From the NCBI RefSeq assembly GCF_963921235.1, contig NC_086097.1, positions 201,688,001-201,752,000 of the forward strand: a stretch of 64,000 nucleotides of DNA, read 5' to 3'. Shown in pieces: positions 37,328-50,450 of this stretch; positions within the stretch are counted from its first letter, which is position 1; each line of letters starts with the position of its first letter. Under the pieces are notes generated by a model. That model saw nothing but the letters and a program-made list of their open reading frames with translations, was not told the origin of the DNA and ran no database searches. The stretch comes from Mobula hypostoma (Eukaryota). A program made the translations under genes and the position numbers.

Positions 37328-39048
37328 AGAATGGTGCCTCACCAAAAACATTTTAATCACAATGCTTAGTACAGTAATAGGAAGACTTTGTTAATAATTG
37401 ATCTACAAAAGCATCTCAATGGATGTTTTGTTAACATATTGAGAGCTGTACCATTGCACTACACCAGAATTCAAGATTACAGCATTTTCTCCAATAACAC
37501 TCTACAATATTTACCAAATTCTACTTTTAGAAGAATGAGAATTAGATGATTGTAGGTAATTCCATTGTGTTGGTACTTCATTACATCTTTAGTGAATTAG
37601 AAGACAAGAAGGTTGTGCCAGCAATTCCACACATCATACAGCTGGGAAAATAGAAAACAGCCCTTTTCTGGCTATTTCCCAATAGCCTGGCTGTGGCTTA
37701 TAAGGTATGAGCAGATCTGTAATAAATTTGCTTTCTTAGTCACATAGAAATTAACCAATGTGGAGAGATTAGTCTGAAAGTGACCAGGATTGGATAACAG
37801 ATTATCTTTAATTTTAGTTATAGAAATACGTATTTTGTAAAGGTATTCTCCTTTTGCGGAGGTAAGAATTGTATTGAGTCCTTAGATGCTTTGCAAATAG
37901 TTCTTTAAAGCATATTTTTAATCACTTAACAATCATATATATCTTTTTTGTTACAGTTTTTGTAATCTCCTATCACAAAATTTCCAAATTCTGCAAGGTT
38001 TATTTTGAAGATCTGACCTTATATTTTAATTGCTTAGAAATGAAAAAATCCATGGTTATGTTAATTATGTGCCATAATACTTGATTGCACCATCTTGGCT
38101 TACTCCAAATGCTGAAACACTCACACCAGCTATGTGTTTTTACAACAAAAAAATCTATTTCAGCTATGTGAAAGAAAAGCATTGTTAAATTTTAGCACTA
38201 TTTTTAAGTTTTATATCAGTAAATTTTGTAGGCTTATAATGAATCTGCACCAAGGTCTTGAAAGTCATTGCATCGTGGCGTGAAACATAATGTGAATTTG
38301 TTTAAATGTTTTATTTTTCATGTTTAGTTTTGTTATAACAATGGATTTACTTCTCTGCGTCTTCATCAGTGTTGGAAATTTTTAACTTTTTAAAAGCACT
38401 GATACTTACACACAAGCTGCTTCCAGGGCTGTTTTGGCCCCAAACTATCACTGTACTGTAATTATTCTGCAAATGTTAGATATAACAGGGAATGATATTG
38501 TTAAAGTGCATGAATATCACAGCCAAATGTGTGTAACTATGGCTTTAAATTTGTTTGATTTCATTTCATTCAAGCATGACACATATAAAAAGAATCCCAT
38601 TTATTGTACGTGTGGATAAAAAGCGGGATATACAGCATTTTCGCAGGTAAAGAACAGCCTGCTTTTGTTATCTCCTTAATTGCCTTCAGTATTTGATAGC
38701 ACTTTTTTAAAAATATGCATTGAACACATAGGTAGAATTGATTGAACTTGATTTGTTGAGGTGGACATGTTAGTTACTACATTATGGTCTGATTTCACAT
38801 TCTCATTTTATGTAAACGAATGGATGCATTGTTCGAACACAGTGGTATGAAACATTAAATCTCACAGAAAGCTGGTACATCAAATCTGAGTTATAATGTA
38901 CATTGAAGTTCTGAATTTATGAAATTACTAGCAGAGTACATATAATTTCCATGATCCTTATAGAAGCTTAAACAGGGCAATTCTCAATACTGATATGGTG
39001 GCACTTTATTTGCTGCTATCACAAACTGTTCTGAAAGCAATAACCTAT

Positions 39049-39298
39049 GTCATAAAGATTTCACAATTATAAGTGCTGTGAAACCATAATCTGGTTATGA
39101 ATGATTGCATTCTGGACAGGAGGGGAGAAAGGGATAGGAAAAAATAACCTATGCCTACTCAAAAGTCTTTAAATTTGAAGACTTTTGAGTAGGCATAGGT
39201 TATTTTTTCCTATCCCTTTCTCCCCTCCTGTCCAGAATGCAATCATTCATAACCAGATTATGGTTTCACAGCACTTATAATTGTGAAATCTTTATGAC
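39049..39298. repeat. 250-bp palindrome (perfect 121-bp inverted arms, 8-nt spacer)
   Basis: 39049-39169 is the exact reverse complement of 39178-39298. The spacer TAAATTTG (39170-39177) is repeated at 39299-39306. Confidence 0.97.
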
Positions 39299-39370
39299 TA
39301 AATTTGGATCAATTTCTGACTTGAATGTGGGATCAAAACAAAAGCTACTTCTCACCTCAACCAATTATCT

Positions 39371-39384
39371 ACACACACACACAC

Positions 39385-39428
<44 letters not shown>
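39371..39428. repeat. (CA)n microsatellite
   Basis: About 29 AC units with two TA interruptions. Confidence 0.97.
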
Positions 39429-39433
<5 letters not shown>

Positions 39434-39519
39434 CCTACAGAGAGGGGTACTGTATAGAAATCAGGAATACACATCCAGATTGATTTTAGCTTTTCCTAAT
39501 CACAGCACTGAGAGCAAAC

Positions 39520-39643
39520 AACAGGAATTCTGCAGATGCTGGAAATTCAAGCAACACACATCAAAGTTGCTGGTGGACACAACAGGTCAGGCAGCATCTC
39601 TAGGAAGAGGTACAGTCGACGTTTCAGGCCGAGACCCTTCGTC
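39520..39643 (-). mobile_element. Short PLE-derived insertion ending at hammerhead core, 9-bp TSD
   Basis: AGAGCAAAC at 39511-39519 and 39644-39652. The minus strand begins CTGACGAAGGGTCTCGGCCTGAAACGTCGACTG (first CT shared with the TSD). Confidence 0.88.
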
Positions 39644-40149
39644 AGAGCAAACCCTTGTGCTTCCACTGCCATCCTGCGTTAGATAACAAAACACAGATAA
39701 GAGATCAGGTGTAGTGCTACCATTGTTGGTTGTACTCAGTATTTATCTACTGATCTATCAGGAATCCTCAACAGTTCTCTGAGTTTATAGTTCCATTACA
39801 TTTTTGTTATCAGGAAACACATTTTATTGACAGGACACAAGTTATACAAATTTAATCTGAGCACAAACCTTTGATCAGTTATCAAGTCCATGGTGATAAT
39901 ATAACTATGTTTTCCTACTATTTCATATTCTCCTCTTCTATAAGGGGCCAGGAAAGTCAAGAAAAAAATACACCAAAGAAAGTTTAATCTCTTTCTGGTT
40001 TGGAGTATTACGCACATCTTTCCTACCTCATTCTTCAATTGAATCTGAATATTTATTACCTGTCCACTGAACAGGTCTGTCCAAATCACGGCCCATTCTT
40101 TATCTGAAAAAGTAAAACTGTAGATCAGGAAATCTGTCATAAAAAGAAA

Positions 40150-40510
40150 TAATACTGGGGATACTCAAAAGATCAAGCAGCATCTTTAGAGAAGGAAACA
40201 AGTAGCTCAGATCAATGGCTTAGCCAGTCATTTTAATTCTCCATCCCACTCTCATTGAGTCTCTCTATCTTTGCCCTCCTGTTCCAACAAAGCTAACATG
40301 AAGGTGCAGTTCATCTATCTAATGCAGTCATCAGGATTGAATGAATAAATTTCAGATTATCAACCTTTCCTGTTTTTTTAAAATGACAGGTGCTGATGAA
40401 AGATTATCCACATTCAATACTAACACAGTTTCTGTCACTTTACCTAAACTGTAAAGTATTTCCAGTATTTTTTTACTTTAGATTTTCAACAGCTGCTTTG
40501 TTTTGCATCT
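40150..40510 (+). mobile_element. Highly decayed Penelope-like remnant
   Basis: agccagtcattttaattctccatcccactctc (A-HFNSPSHS) resembles the GIY-YIG C-terminus. ctgatgaaag at 40394. Confidence 0.45.
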
Positions 40511-40589
40511 CACAATTCCAGCATGATTTTTTTTTTGCTATTTAATAACTGCTCCCGTTCATCTTCTTCTGTTACACCATTCTGGATAG

Positions 40590-43500
40590 ATCAGCTATTA
40601 TTAACTGCCATTCCACCATGGCTAATCCCAGATCCCACTCGGCACCATACATCTGCCTTCTCACTATATCCTTTGATGCCCTGACCGATCAGGAAACTAT
40701 CAATTTCCACCTTAAGCATACCTCCAGACTTGACCTCCTCTGCAGTCTGTAGCAGTGCATTCCACAGATTCGCTACTTTCTGACTAAAAAAATTCCTCCT
40801 TACCTGTATTCTAAAAGGTCACCCCTCAATCTTGAGGCTGTGCCCTCGGGTTTTGGATACCCCATCAAGTGAAACATCCTCTCCATATCCACCCTATCTA
40901 GTCCTTTGAACATTCAGTAAGTTTCAATGAGATCTAATCACGTTCTTCTAAATTCCAGTGAGTACAAGCCTAAACACTCCTCATACCTTAACCCCTTCAT
41001 TCCTGGAATCATCCTTGTGAACCTCCTCTGGACTCTGTCCAATAACAACACATCCTTTCTGAGATATGGGGCCCAGAATTCTTGACAATACTCCAAGTGC
41101 GGCCTGACTAGTGACTGAGAAAGCCTCAGCGTTATCTCCTTGCTTTTATATTCTATTCCCCTTGAAATGAATGGCAACATTGTATTTGTCTTCTTTAACA
41201 CAGACTCAACCTGTTAATGAACCTTCTTGGAGTCTTACGTGAGGACTCCTAAGTCTCTCTGCACCTCTATGTTTGAACATTCTCCCCACTTAGATATTAG
41301 TCCGCACTATTATTCCATTTACCAAAATACTTTATCATGCATTTCCCAACACTGTATTGCATCTGCAATGTTTTTGCCCATTCTTCCAGTTTGTCTGAGC
41401 CCTGCTACAATCACATTGCTTCCTCAGGACTACCTACTCCCCACCTATCTTCATATCATCCACAAACTTTGCCACAAAGCCATCAATTCCATTATCCAAG
41501 TCACTGAAAAGCTATGTGAAAAGTAGCGTTCCCAATACTGACCCCTGAGGAACACCACTAGTCACTGTCAACCAACTAGAAAAGGTTCTTTTTATCCCCA
41601 CCCGCTGCCTCCTGGCTGTCAGCCATTTCTCTATTCATGCCAGTATCTTTCCTGTAATGCCCTCATGGGATTTTACCTTGTTAAGCAGCCTCATGTGTGG
41701 CACCTTATCAGATGCCTTCTGAAAATCGAAGTAAATGACATCTATCTCCTCTCCTTTGTCCACCCTGCTTGTTACTTCCTCAAAGATCTCTAACAGATTT
41801 GTCAGGCAAGATTACCCTGTACAGAAACCATGCTGACTTTGACTTATTTCATCATTAGTCTCTGAGTACCCAAAACCTCATCCTGAATAATTTACTCCAG
41901 CACTTTCCCAACCACTGAGGTTAAGCTAACTGGCCTATAACTTCCTTTCTTTTGCCTTCCTCCCTTCTTAAGAGTGGAGTGACATTTGCAATCTTCTAGT
42001 CGTCCGGGACCATGCAGAATCAAATGATTCTTGAAGGATCATGACCAATGCATCTGTTATTTCTTCAGCAACCTCTCTTAGGACTCTGAGATGTCGTCCA
42101 TCTGGCCCAGGTGACTTATTCACTTTAAGACCTATGAGTTGGCCTTGCACTTTTTCCTTTGTAATAGCAATGGCACTTACTCCTGCTCCCTTACACTCAC
42201 AAACCTCTGGCAGACTACTAGTGACTTCCACAGTGAAGACTGATGCAAAGTACCCATTAAGTTCATTTGCCTTTTCTTTGTCCTCCATTACTATCTCTCC
42301 AGCGTCATTTTCCAGTGGTCCAATATCAACACTGTCCTCTCTTTTGCTCTTTATATAACTGAAAAACATTTTCATATCCTGCTTTATATTATTGGCTAGT
42401 TTGCCCTCATATTTCATCTTTTCCCTTCTTACAGCTTTTTTAGTTGCCTTTTGTTGGACTTAAAAAGCTTTCCCAGTCATCCAACTTCCCATTCATTTTT
42501 ACTACTTTATATTCCCTTTCCTTAACTTCCCTTGCCAGCCATGTTTTCCTATCCCTGCCACTTGAAAACTTCTTTTTCTGTGGGACATATCTATCCTGTG
42601 CCTTGTGAACTATTCCCACAAACTTCAGCCATCTCTGCTCTGCTGTCATCCCCGCCAGTATCCCTCTCCAGTCCACCCTGCCAAGCTCTCCTCTCATGCC
42701 TCTGTAATTCCCTTTATTACATTGCAATACTAAAACATATGACTTGTGCTTCTCCCTCTCAAACTGCAGTATGAATTCAATCATATTACAATCACTATCT
42801 CCTAACGGTTACTCTACATAAAGCTTCTTAATAGATCTGGGTTATTACATAACACTGAATCTAAGATAGCCTTTCCCTGAGTACAAGCTGCTCTAAAAGC
42901 CACCTCATAGGCAATTCAACAAATACACTCTCTTGTCATCTGACACCAACCTGATTTTGCCAATACCCTTGCATATTGAAGTCCTCCATTACAATTGTGT
43001 CATTACCTTTATTACATGCCTTTTCCAGCTCCCTTTGCAATCTCAACCCCATATGTTGGCTACTGTTTGGCGGTCTATATATGATTCCCATAATATTTTT
43101 TAACTCTTGCAGTTTCTTAACTCCTCCCACAAAGTTCCAACATTCTCTGACCCTATGTCACCTCTTTCTAAACATGTAATTCCATCTCTTACCAATAGAG
43201 CCATACCTATGCCTTCCTGCCTGTCCTCTCGATACAAAGTATATGCTTTGTTGTTAAGCCCCCAACCATGGTCTTCTTTCAGCCATGACTCAGCAATGCC
43301 CATAGCATCATACCAACCAATCTGTAATTGTGCCATGATTTTGTAAACCTTATTCTGAATGCTATGTGAATTTAAATACTGCACCTTCAGTCCTGCATTC
43401 TTCACCCTTTTGAATTTTGCCTCTGTGGTAAAATTTAACTCTTTGCTCTGTCTGCATTTGTACCAGTCATTGGCTTGTCCTTCTTTACATCCATGTTACA

Positions 43501-44640
43501 TTCGTCATCTACTTGTAAACCTGCTGGCTCATCCTCAGTTCTATCATACTGGTTCCCATCCCCCTGCCATATCAGTTTAAACCACTCCCAACAGTTCTAG
43601 TAATCCTGCCCACAAAAATGTTGATTCCCCTCGGATTCAAGTGCAACCCGTCCGTTTTGTACAGGTCCTACCTGCCCCAGAAAAGGTCCCAATAATCCAG
43701 AAATCTGAATCCCTGCCCCCGCTCCAATTCTTCAGCCACGAATTTATCTGCCACCTCACTCTATTCCTATCTCCACTGTTACATGGTACAGGCTGCAGTC
43801 CTGAGGTTACTACCCTTGAGGTCCTGCTTCTCAGCTTCCTTCCTAACTCCCTGTATTCTTTTTTCAGGAACTTTCCCTTTTTTTCTGCCTCTATCGTTGG
43901 TACCAATATGTACCACAGCTTCTGGATGCTCACCCTCCCTTTTCAGGATATTGTGAACACGTTCAGGAACACCATGGACCCTGGCACCTGGGAGGCAAAC
44001 TACCATCCGTATTTCTTTACTGCGTCTACAGAATCGCCTATCTGTTCTCCTAACTATAGAGTCCCTTATTACTGCTGCCATCCTCTTCAGTTCCCTACCC
44101 TTCGGAGCCACAAGGCCACTGAGTGCCAGAGGCATGGCCACTGTTGCTTCCTCCAGGTAGCTCGCCCCCACAACAATAATCAAAATGGAGTACTTATTTT
44201 TGAGGGGGACAGCCACTATCTGACATTCTCCCTTCCCTCTCCTGACTGTCATCCATTTATCTGTCTCCTGTAGCCTTGGGGTGACTACCTCCCTGTAGCT
44301 CCGGTCTTTCACCTCTTCACTTTCCCTAGCAAGCTGAAGGTCATCTAGCTCCAGCTTTATTTCTTTAACATGGGTCTAAGGAGCTGCATCCCGATACATC
44401 TGGTGCAGATATGGCCTTTGGAGAGGTTGGTAGTCTCCTGGAAATCCCACATATAACACCCAAAACAGAACACTGCCCCTGTAGACATACCCCATGTTCT
44501 CTCAGGAGTTAGATAAGAAATAAGGAATGAACTTACCCATTTACCTTGCCTCAGCCTGTTCTTGCCGAAGCCCTGTTGAGCCAAAGCCTTACCACTCTGA
44601 CTCAGACCACTCCCATGATGACCGCTCCACTAGACAGTTC
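40590..44640 (-). mobile_element. Near-full-length decayed CR1 LINE
   Basis: Minus strand ORF1 CFGCYMWDF...HICTRC and IRDSIVRRTDRRFC...VVHIGTND (esterase), endonuclease, KVNKSPGPDG, and LVRPHLEYCQEFWAPYLRKD. Confidence 0.9.
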
Positions 44641-47600
44641 CCCTTTTTGTAGAGACTGGGTTTTTAATGCTCTTCAATGGACTTGTGTGGGAACCCTTTT
44701 CATTTCCATCTCTTTGGTGTTACCAAAAGCAATTGAACAACTTTCCACTTCTCCCTGCTTGTTTTTGAACCTTTACAATATGATGAAGGCTTATTTATCT
44801 GGAATATTAACTGTTTCCCTGTCCACAGATGCACATTCACCCACAGAGTATCCCCATTCTTTATATGCATACTCAAGAAAAGAAAATGTACATAAATATT
44901 ATTATTCTGGACTTTAATATTTGGACATACTAAACAAGTTCCAAAGATTCAGCTAATCCTCTGGAATAAAAATAGATTTGCACCTCAACCTAAACTAAAG
45001 AGAATTTCAACATACATTGCATCTACTTATCCCATTCGGCCCAATATGTAGCAATAATTTTTTTTTCAATTCTCTTAACTTAGATGCTGAAGGCAGAGAA
45101 ATCTTTTCCTTAACAATGCTGACTATCACAACTGTCAGGGACTTAAACGTACAGATTTCCAATATCTGCAGCAATTTACTTCAGGATTATGTTTTCTGAA
45201 TTTCTATCATTTCTGTCTCCTAATTGTGATAATTTTACAAGGCCTTTTAACAATATTTATGGTTGTCTAAGAGAATGTTTTTTCCCAAGAGTAATAGTGT
45301 CTCAATGTTAATTATTAATTATTATATCCATGTGTTAATAACGTGCATTGAATCAGACTGGTTAGTTTCCTCAAATTCCCCAGCAGAAATATCAGCCATG
45401 ATTACCTTCAGAGCTCTGTTCTTTTTATAAAAGCATTTTAATACAAGATTTATTTTTGCCATTTTCTTGTTTTTAAAACAAAACAAAAATGGGTCAAATT
45501 TTTAAAAATGTTTTTACCAAAACTTACAGAAACAATTGTAGAATAAGATCTAAAGAGTTCTTATGGAGCTGCTTCCAAACCTCTGCCTATGGATTTTTTT
45601 TTCAAATGTGTGAAGTTTTCAAAAAGTCTTATGAGAAAGAAAAAGTAAGTGATGGAGCAAGCGTTCAGCATTTTAATCACTTGCTTCAAAGTCAATGAAT
45701 AATAACATGCTACTCTCAACATGCAGTTCATTAAGTTGTAAAAGAGAAAACTATTTGCACCTACAATAGTATTGTTTAATTTTAAGCATTCTGTTTCCTA
45801 AGAAATTAATTTAATATATATATGGTGGCCAAGTATCTAAGGAAGATTTGTCATCAAATATTCTTAATATTTAGAATTTAAATCAAAGGAAGGGATAAAG
45901 GCAGAGGAATATGACCAGTAGAATAAAGGCTCTTGAGCTGTTTGAGTGCAAGAAAAGTGATCCAATTAGCTTTCTTTGGGACTTTAAAATTCTTATGTAT
46001 GTATAAATTAATTAATCCAAGCTTCTTGATTTTCATTGTGCTTTATGCTTCTGTTAAAGCAATGCAGAAAGGTGATTCACTAATGTTTTGTTTTTGACAA
46101 AATGGTAAGAATTAACTGGTGTCCTATTTGCACTGTGCACCATGTATCAAGAACAGTATTTTTTAATTTATATAGTACTTCTAATGTGGCACTTAATTGG
46201 TTTTGTTATCAAACAAAATCTGCAACCAATTCACAAGATATTAAAAATTATTGACTTATTGGTTATAGCTTGATTTTAAGGAATGTCTCCATTTTTGGTT
46301 ATGTAAATAACGTTTTCCTTTAAATTATTGGTGCATTAATGGGATCTCATGGATCCACACTATATTTATGTTTATAAATATGATTCCAAATATATGTTCT
46401 CACACAGCAACACCACATGTAATAAAGACATCATTTTGTTCTGCTTTTTTCCTCTGCTTTTCTACCAAAGAAATGGTATTTGAATCAGGTTACATAAATT
46501 CATAAATGGTTTACAATGTCCTCTAAAGAGACAGCATTTTTCTTTTCTCCACCAGTTTTGGTATGTTGCTCACAGGTGAATGACAGGTCAAATCCTATTC
46601 CATCTTCATGAGTAAACCAAAACTGTTAATTTGTGATAAATTCAGGGAATCATACTTTGCAACTATGTGTTATATTTTTGTTTTAATCGTCACATGAAGT
46701 AATTTTCCACGATGTCGTAAACTTTAAAAAACATGTGTTTGTGACCGTTCTGTATTTTTTCCTGATTAAAAATATACTAAAAGTTGGTTTGTTTGGACAA
46801 ATCTTTTGTAATAAGGGGGAAAAGTTCATGCTTACGATTTTAGAAGACAGTTCAAATTCTGCAGCATGGGCTTTCACTGTCAGAGACTTGCCAATTACAA
46901 TTGTGACTTGCCCGTTTCAATTGCCATTTGTCCAAATATACTTCAGATTAATTCTTAAAGCTTATCTTGGTGGGACGGATGACATGGAAGTTAAGCAATA
47001 TGGCTCTCTGAGAAATAATAGGGCCTCAAACGATGAAATGGAGTGATGTGGATGGGCCAAAGCAGCCTGCCCATGAAACACTTATAAAACTCAACTTATG
47101 TCTGAGTTTTATCAGTGTTTCGTGCATAAAGCTCCACCCAACATTTTGTCAGGGATTTTAACATCTAGAAACATTTAGAAAAAAGAACAAAAATAATATG
47201 TTGAAATAAAGAATTAACTGAAAACGTTAAAATTAAAATTACTGTACAAGCCTTAAATAATTATGAGAGCAAGAATACATTTTCTGCAGTCCTAAATGCC
47301 CTTTGAAATCAATGACCTTATGAATATAATCTGGACCAGGCCTGAGAGGTGATTACTGCAGTGCAAGGGCTAGGGAATCTCAACCAAATCCAGCTACACT
47401 GCTGAAACCCAGGGGTGTCCCATTGACAGGAAATGGCTGCTGTAACTCATAGACAGTACATTGGGATTTCCACACTTGCCTTATCGGCAAAATCTGGGCC
47501 ATGTACTGGGACCTTAGCTCTGAATTCTATATGAGCGTAATTTGAAAAAAAGGTGAAAACTAAATTAAAATGGCATTACAAGGTTTATATTCTGTGAACT

Positions 47601-47928
47601 TTCTAAAGCCATTTATTTTAAATTATGTGATTCTGCAAAGCCCATTGCCTGTAGTAAGGTGTTGAATAAAAAGGTTCAACTTACTCAATCAGTCATGGTT
47701 TAACTGATGTTTCCCTTTTGTGCAAACGGTATGCAATGCATCTTATTTTATGGGCTACGAGCATCAGTAATATTTCATTTCTGAAAGCTCTTTATTGTGT
47801 TGGAACATAGATTTATATAGTGTTTCATTTCAGTGTTAAATTATGTACAGAAAGCCCAACCCCAAAAAAATAGAGAAGCCACACAAAAAATTTCTAGTAT
47901 TTTTAATCTATCCTTTCACTCAGCGATA

Positions 47929-48267
47929 CACTCAGTTTCCACTTTAAGTGCACCTGTTAATGCAAATAGCTGATCAGCCAATCATGTGCCAGCAACTCAA
48001 TGCATAAAAGCATGCAGACGTGATCAAGTGGTTCGGTTGTTCAGACTAAACGTCAGAATAGGGAAGAAATATGATGTAAGTAACTTTGACCATGGACTGA
48101 TTGTGGTGCCAGACGGGGTAGTATCTCAGCAATTGCTGATCTGGGATTTTCACGCACAACAGTCTCTAGAGTTTGCAGATAATGGTGCAGAAAAACAAAA
48201 AAGAATCCAGTTCTGTGGGCGAAAATGCTTTGTTAATGAGAGAGATCAAAGAGAGTGGACAGACTGA
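47929..48267 (+). mobile_element. Tc1-like transposon 5' remnant
   Basis: TA|CACTCAGT start. Frameshifted N-terminal HTH region: GKKYDVSNFDHGLIV...GFSRTTVSRV...QFCGRKCFVNERDQR. Confidence 0.7.
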
Positions 48268-49224
48268 GCATTCAAGCTGACTGAGCATTCTAGACATTGA
48301 TCAGTGATGGGATCCAATAATCGACTTCCTTAACCACTGAGAGTTAATTAAAAAAAACAGAGAGAGAATGCATGGCAGGATGGTGAACTAGAAGCAGAGT
48401 AGGTGAAGAAAATAAAAAAATTGGCATGACATGGAGAAGCAAGATCAAGGAAAAACATAAAATCCCTAATAGCAAATGGAATATTAAATGATAACTGGCT
48501 AGTAAATGATAATTTAAAGGACAAAATAGATTAATTTTTATTTCACTACAATTATTTCATTTTACATTACCTTCCAACTTTAATTTTCTACATTGATGTT
48601 TGGGGGTATAATGTGTAAAGTTAAAATATTCTTGAATATAAGACAGAGGGTAATGGGTAAATACCATTTGTGCATAAAGACTTACATTGACCAGCAACTT
48701 CTGCAGGTTTACAACTCATGCTTTCACTTAATTTTCTGAACTTGAATAATTTGAGTTATTATTTTTCCAGTAAGAACAAGCCCAAAACACGTTTTTCATT
48801 ACTGCATATTCATGGATAATTTCCACTTATGGCGGGAAGTGGAAACGCACCGAAAGTGGCTCCAAGTTGCATTGTGACAGATATAAAAGATTTTATGAAG
48901 TACTTCAACTGGAAGAAGATATAGATGGCAGAAAAAAGTCCATACATCAGAAGGTCAAATATTAACTTGGTACCCAGTTACAATTTTATTTTGGCCTTCA
49001 TGAACCCAACAATGCCTATGCGACATGAGGATTTTTTAAATGACTAATTCCAGAAAGGAATTTGGAAGAGTTACAGGAAAGAGGTACAGAAGCCTAAAGA
49101 TCGGTCATTTTTGTGTACTGCTGTCACAAAACAACAAATTTCATAGCGTATGCGTCAATGAAAATAAGCGATTCTTGTTCTGATTCTGAAGAGTTGTCAA
49201 GCTCTGCAATATTTGAGAAATGTA

Positions 49225-49910
49225 TAGAAACACGCAGCAATGCAGCATAGATATAGGCCTTTTGGACCAATGTGTCTATGCTGACCACAGTGCCCAGCAC
49301 AACTCGTCCCAATTTCCTCTAAGCCCATAACCTCTCAGCACCACCCCATCATGCATCTAGCCAAGTGCTCCTTAAATGATGCTATTGCATCTGCCTCAAA
49401 CTACTTCCTTTCTCCGTCAGTTTATTCTATATGCTCACCAGTCTCTGTATGAAAATGTTGCCCCTCAGGTCCCTCTTAACTCTTTCCTCTCTCACCCTAA
49501 ATCTATGGCCCCTAATTCTGGACGACTCTACCTTGGGGAAAAGACTGTTACCCATCCACCTTATTTGTATCTCTCCTAATTTAAAATATTTCCCCAAGGT
49601 CACCCCTTATTCTCCTCTGTTACAAAGAATAAAGACCTAGCCTGCCTAACCTCTCTCCATAACTTGGGCTCTCTTGCCCTAGGAACATCTTTGTAAATCT
49701 TTTCTGCACTCCTTTCAGTTTAACCACGTCTTTCCTACAAAAGGCTAACCAAAATTGTACACAGTACTCCAAGTACAGCCTCAACAACAACATTTACAAC
49801 TGCAACATAATGTACCAACTCTTATACTCAATGCCCAGACTGATAAAAGCCACTGTGCTTTTCACCACCCTGTCGAGCTGTGATCTTGCTTTCAATGAAC
49901 TATGTTCTTT
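49225..49910 (-). mobile_element. CR1 LINE 3' fragment
   Basis: Collinear with the CR1 3' regions at 12030-12720 and 51296-52000. Confidence 0.75.
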
Positions 49911-49914
49911 TACT

Positions 49915-50450
49915 CCAGGGGAAAGTGCCTGGAGAGAGAGGGTTGTATGGATGGGGAGTGTTGAATATACCAGGGAGTCATGGTGGGAGTGATCCCTGTG
50001 GAAGAAGAAAGGGATGGGGAGGGAAAATGTGGCTGGTTGTGGGATCCCATTGTAAAAGAAAATTCAGGTTGCCTAAAGTTGGAATATTCAAATCAAGTGA
50101 GGTAATCATGTACATGCAAAACCTCCAGCCTTATTTATTGCATCTGATGTGGCCTATACATCAATGAGACCAGAAGCAAAATGGACAACCTCTTCGCCAA
50201 GCGCATGCACTCTATCTGCCTTCCACATATCACTTCTTACTCTCCCCTCCTCCATTTGCCTATCACCCCCTCCTTACCTGGGTTTACCTATCTCCAAACA
50301 GCTCTTCCCAACATCGTTAATTGCTTGCTACTTCCTCTCTGTCATTCAGACCAGATGAAGGGTCTCAACCCAGAATGTCAACTGTCCATTTCCATCCATA
50401 GATGCTACCTGACCCACTGAGTTCATTTGATTTTTTTGCGTGTTGCTGTT
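49915..50450. mobile_element. Old rearranged Penelope-like element (inverted internal piece, GIY-YIG remnant, pLTR)
   Basis: 49915-50055 resembles 28430-28553. 50095-50220 gives a degenerate LIYCI..CGL..YI.ETR on +. pLTR with cagatgaagggtctcaacccagaatgtcaactg at ~50352. Confidence 0.6.

Larger units (their letters stand above)
37328..39500 (+). other. Putative ASXL3 3' UTR (proximal, TE-free part; true end unknown)
   Basis: AT-rich unique sequence directly after the stop codon. AATAAA at 37721-37726 is a candidate proximal poly(A) signal. Extent cannot be determined without transcripts. Confidence 0.5.

Noticed and set aside
37670..37687. Small hairpin GGCTATT-TCCC-AATAGCC in 3' UTR
   Set aside because: A 7-bp stem is expected by chance in 64 kb. 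No recognisable element (not IRE, SECIS or histone stem-loop).
39049..39298. Palindrome as a MITE
   Set aside because: No TSD flanking the whole structure and no transposon-like termini. The duplicated octamer flanks only the right arm, favouring template switching.
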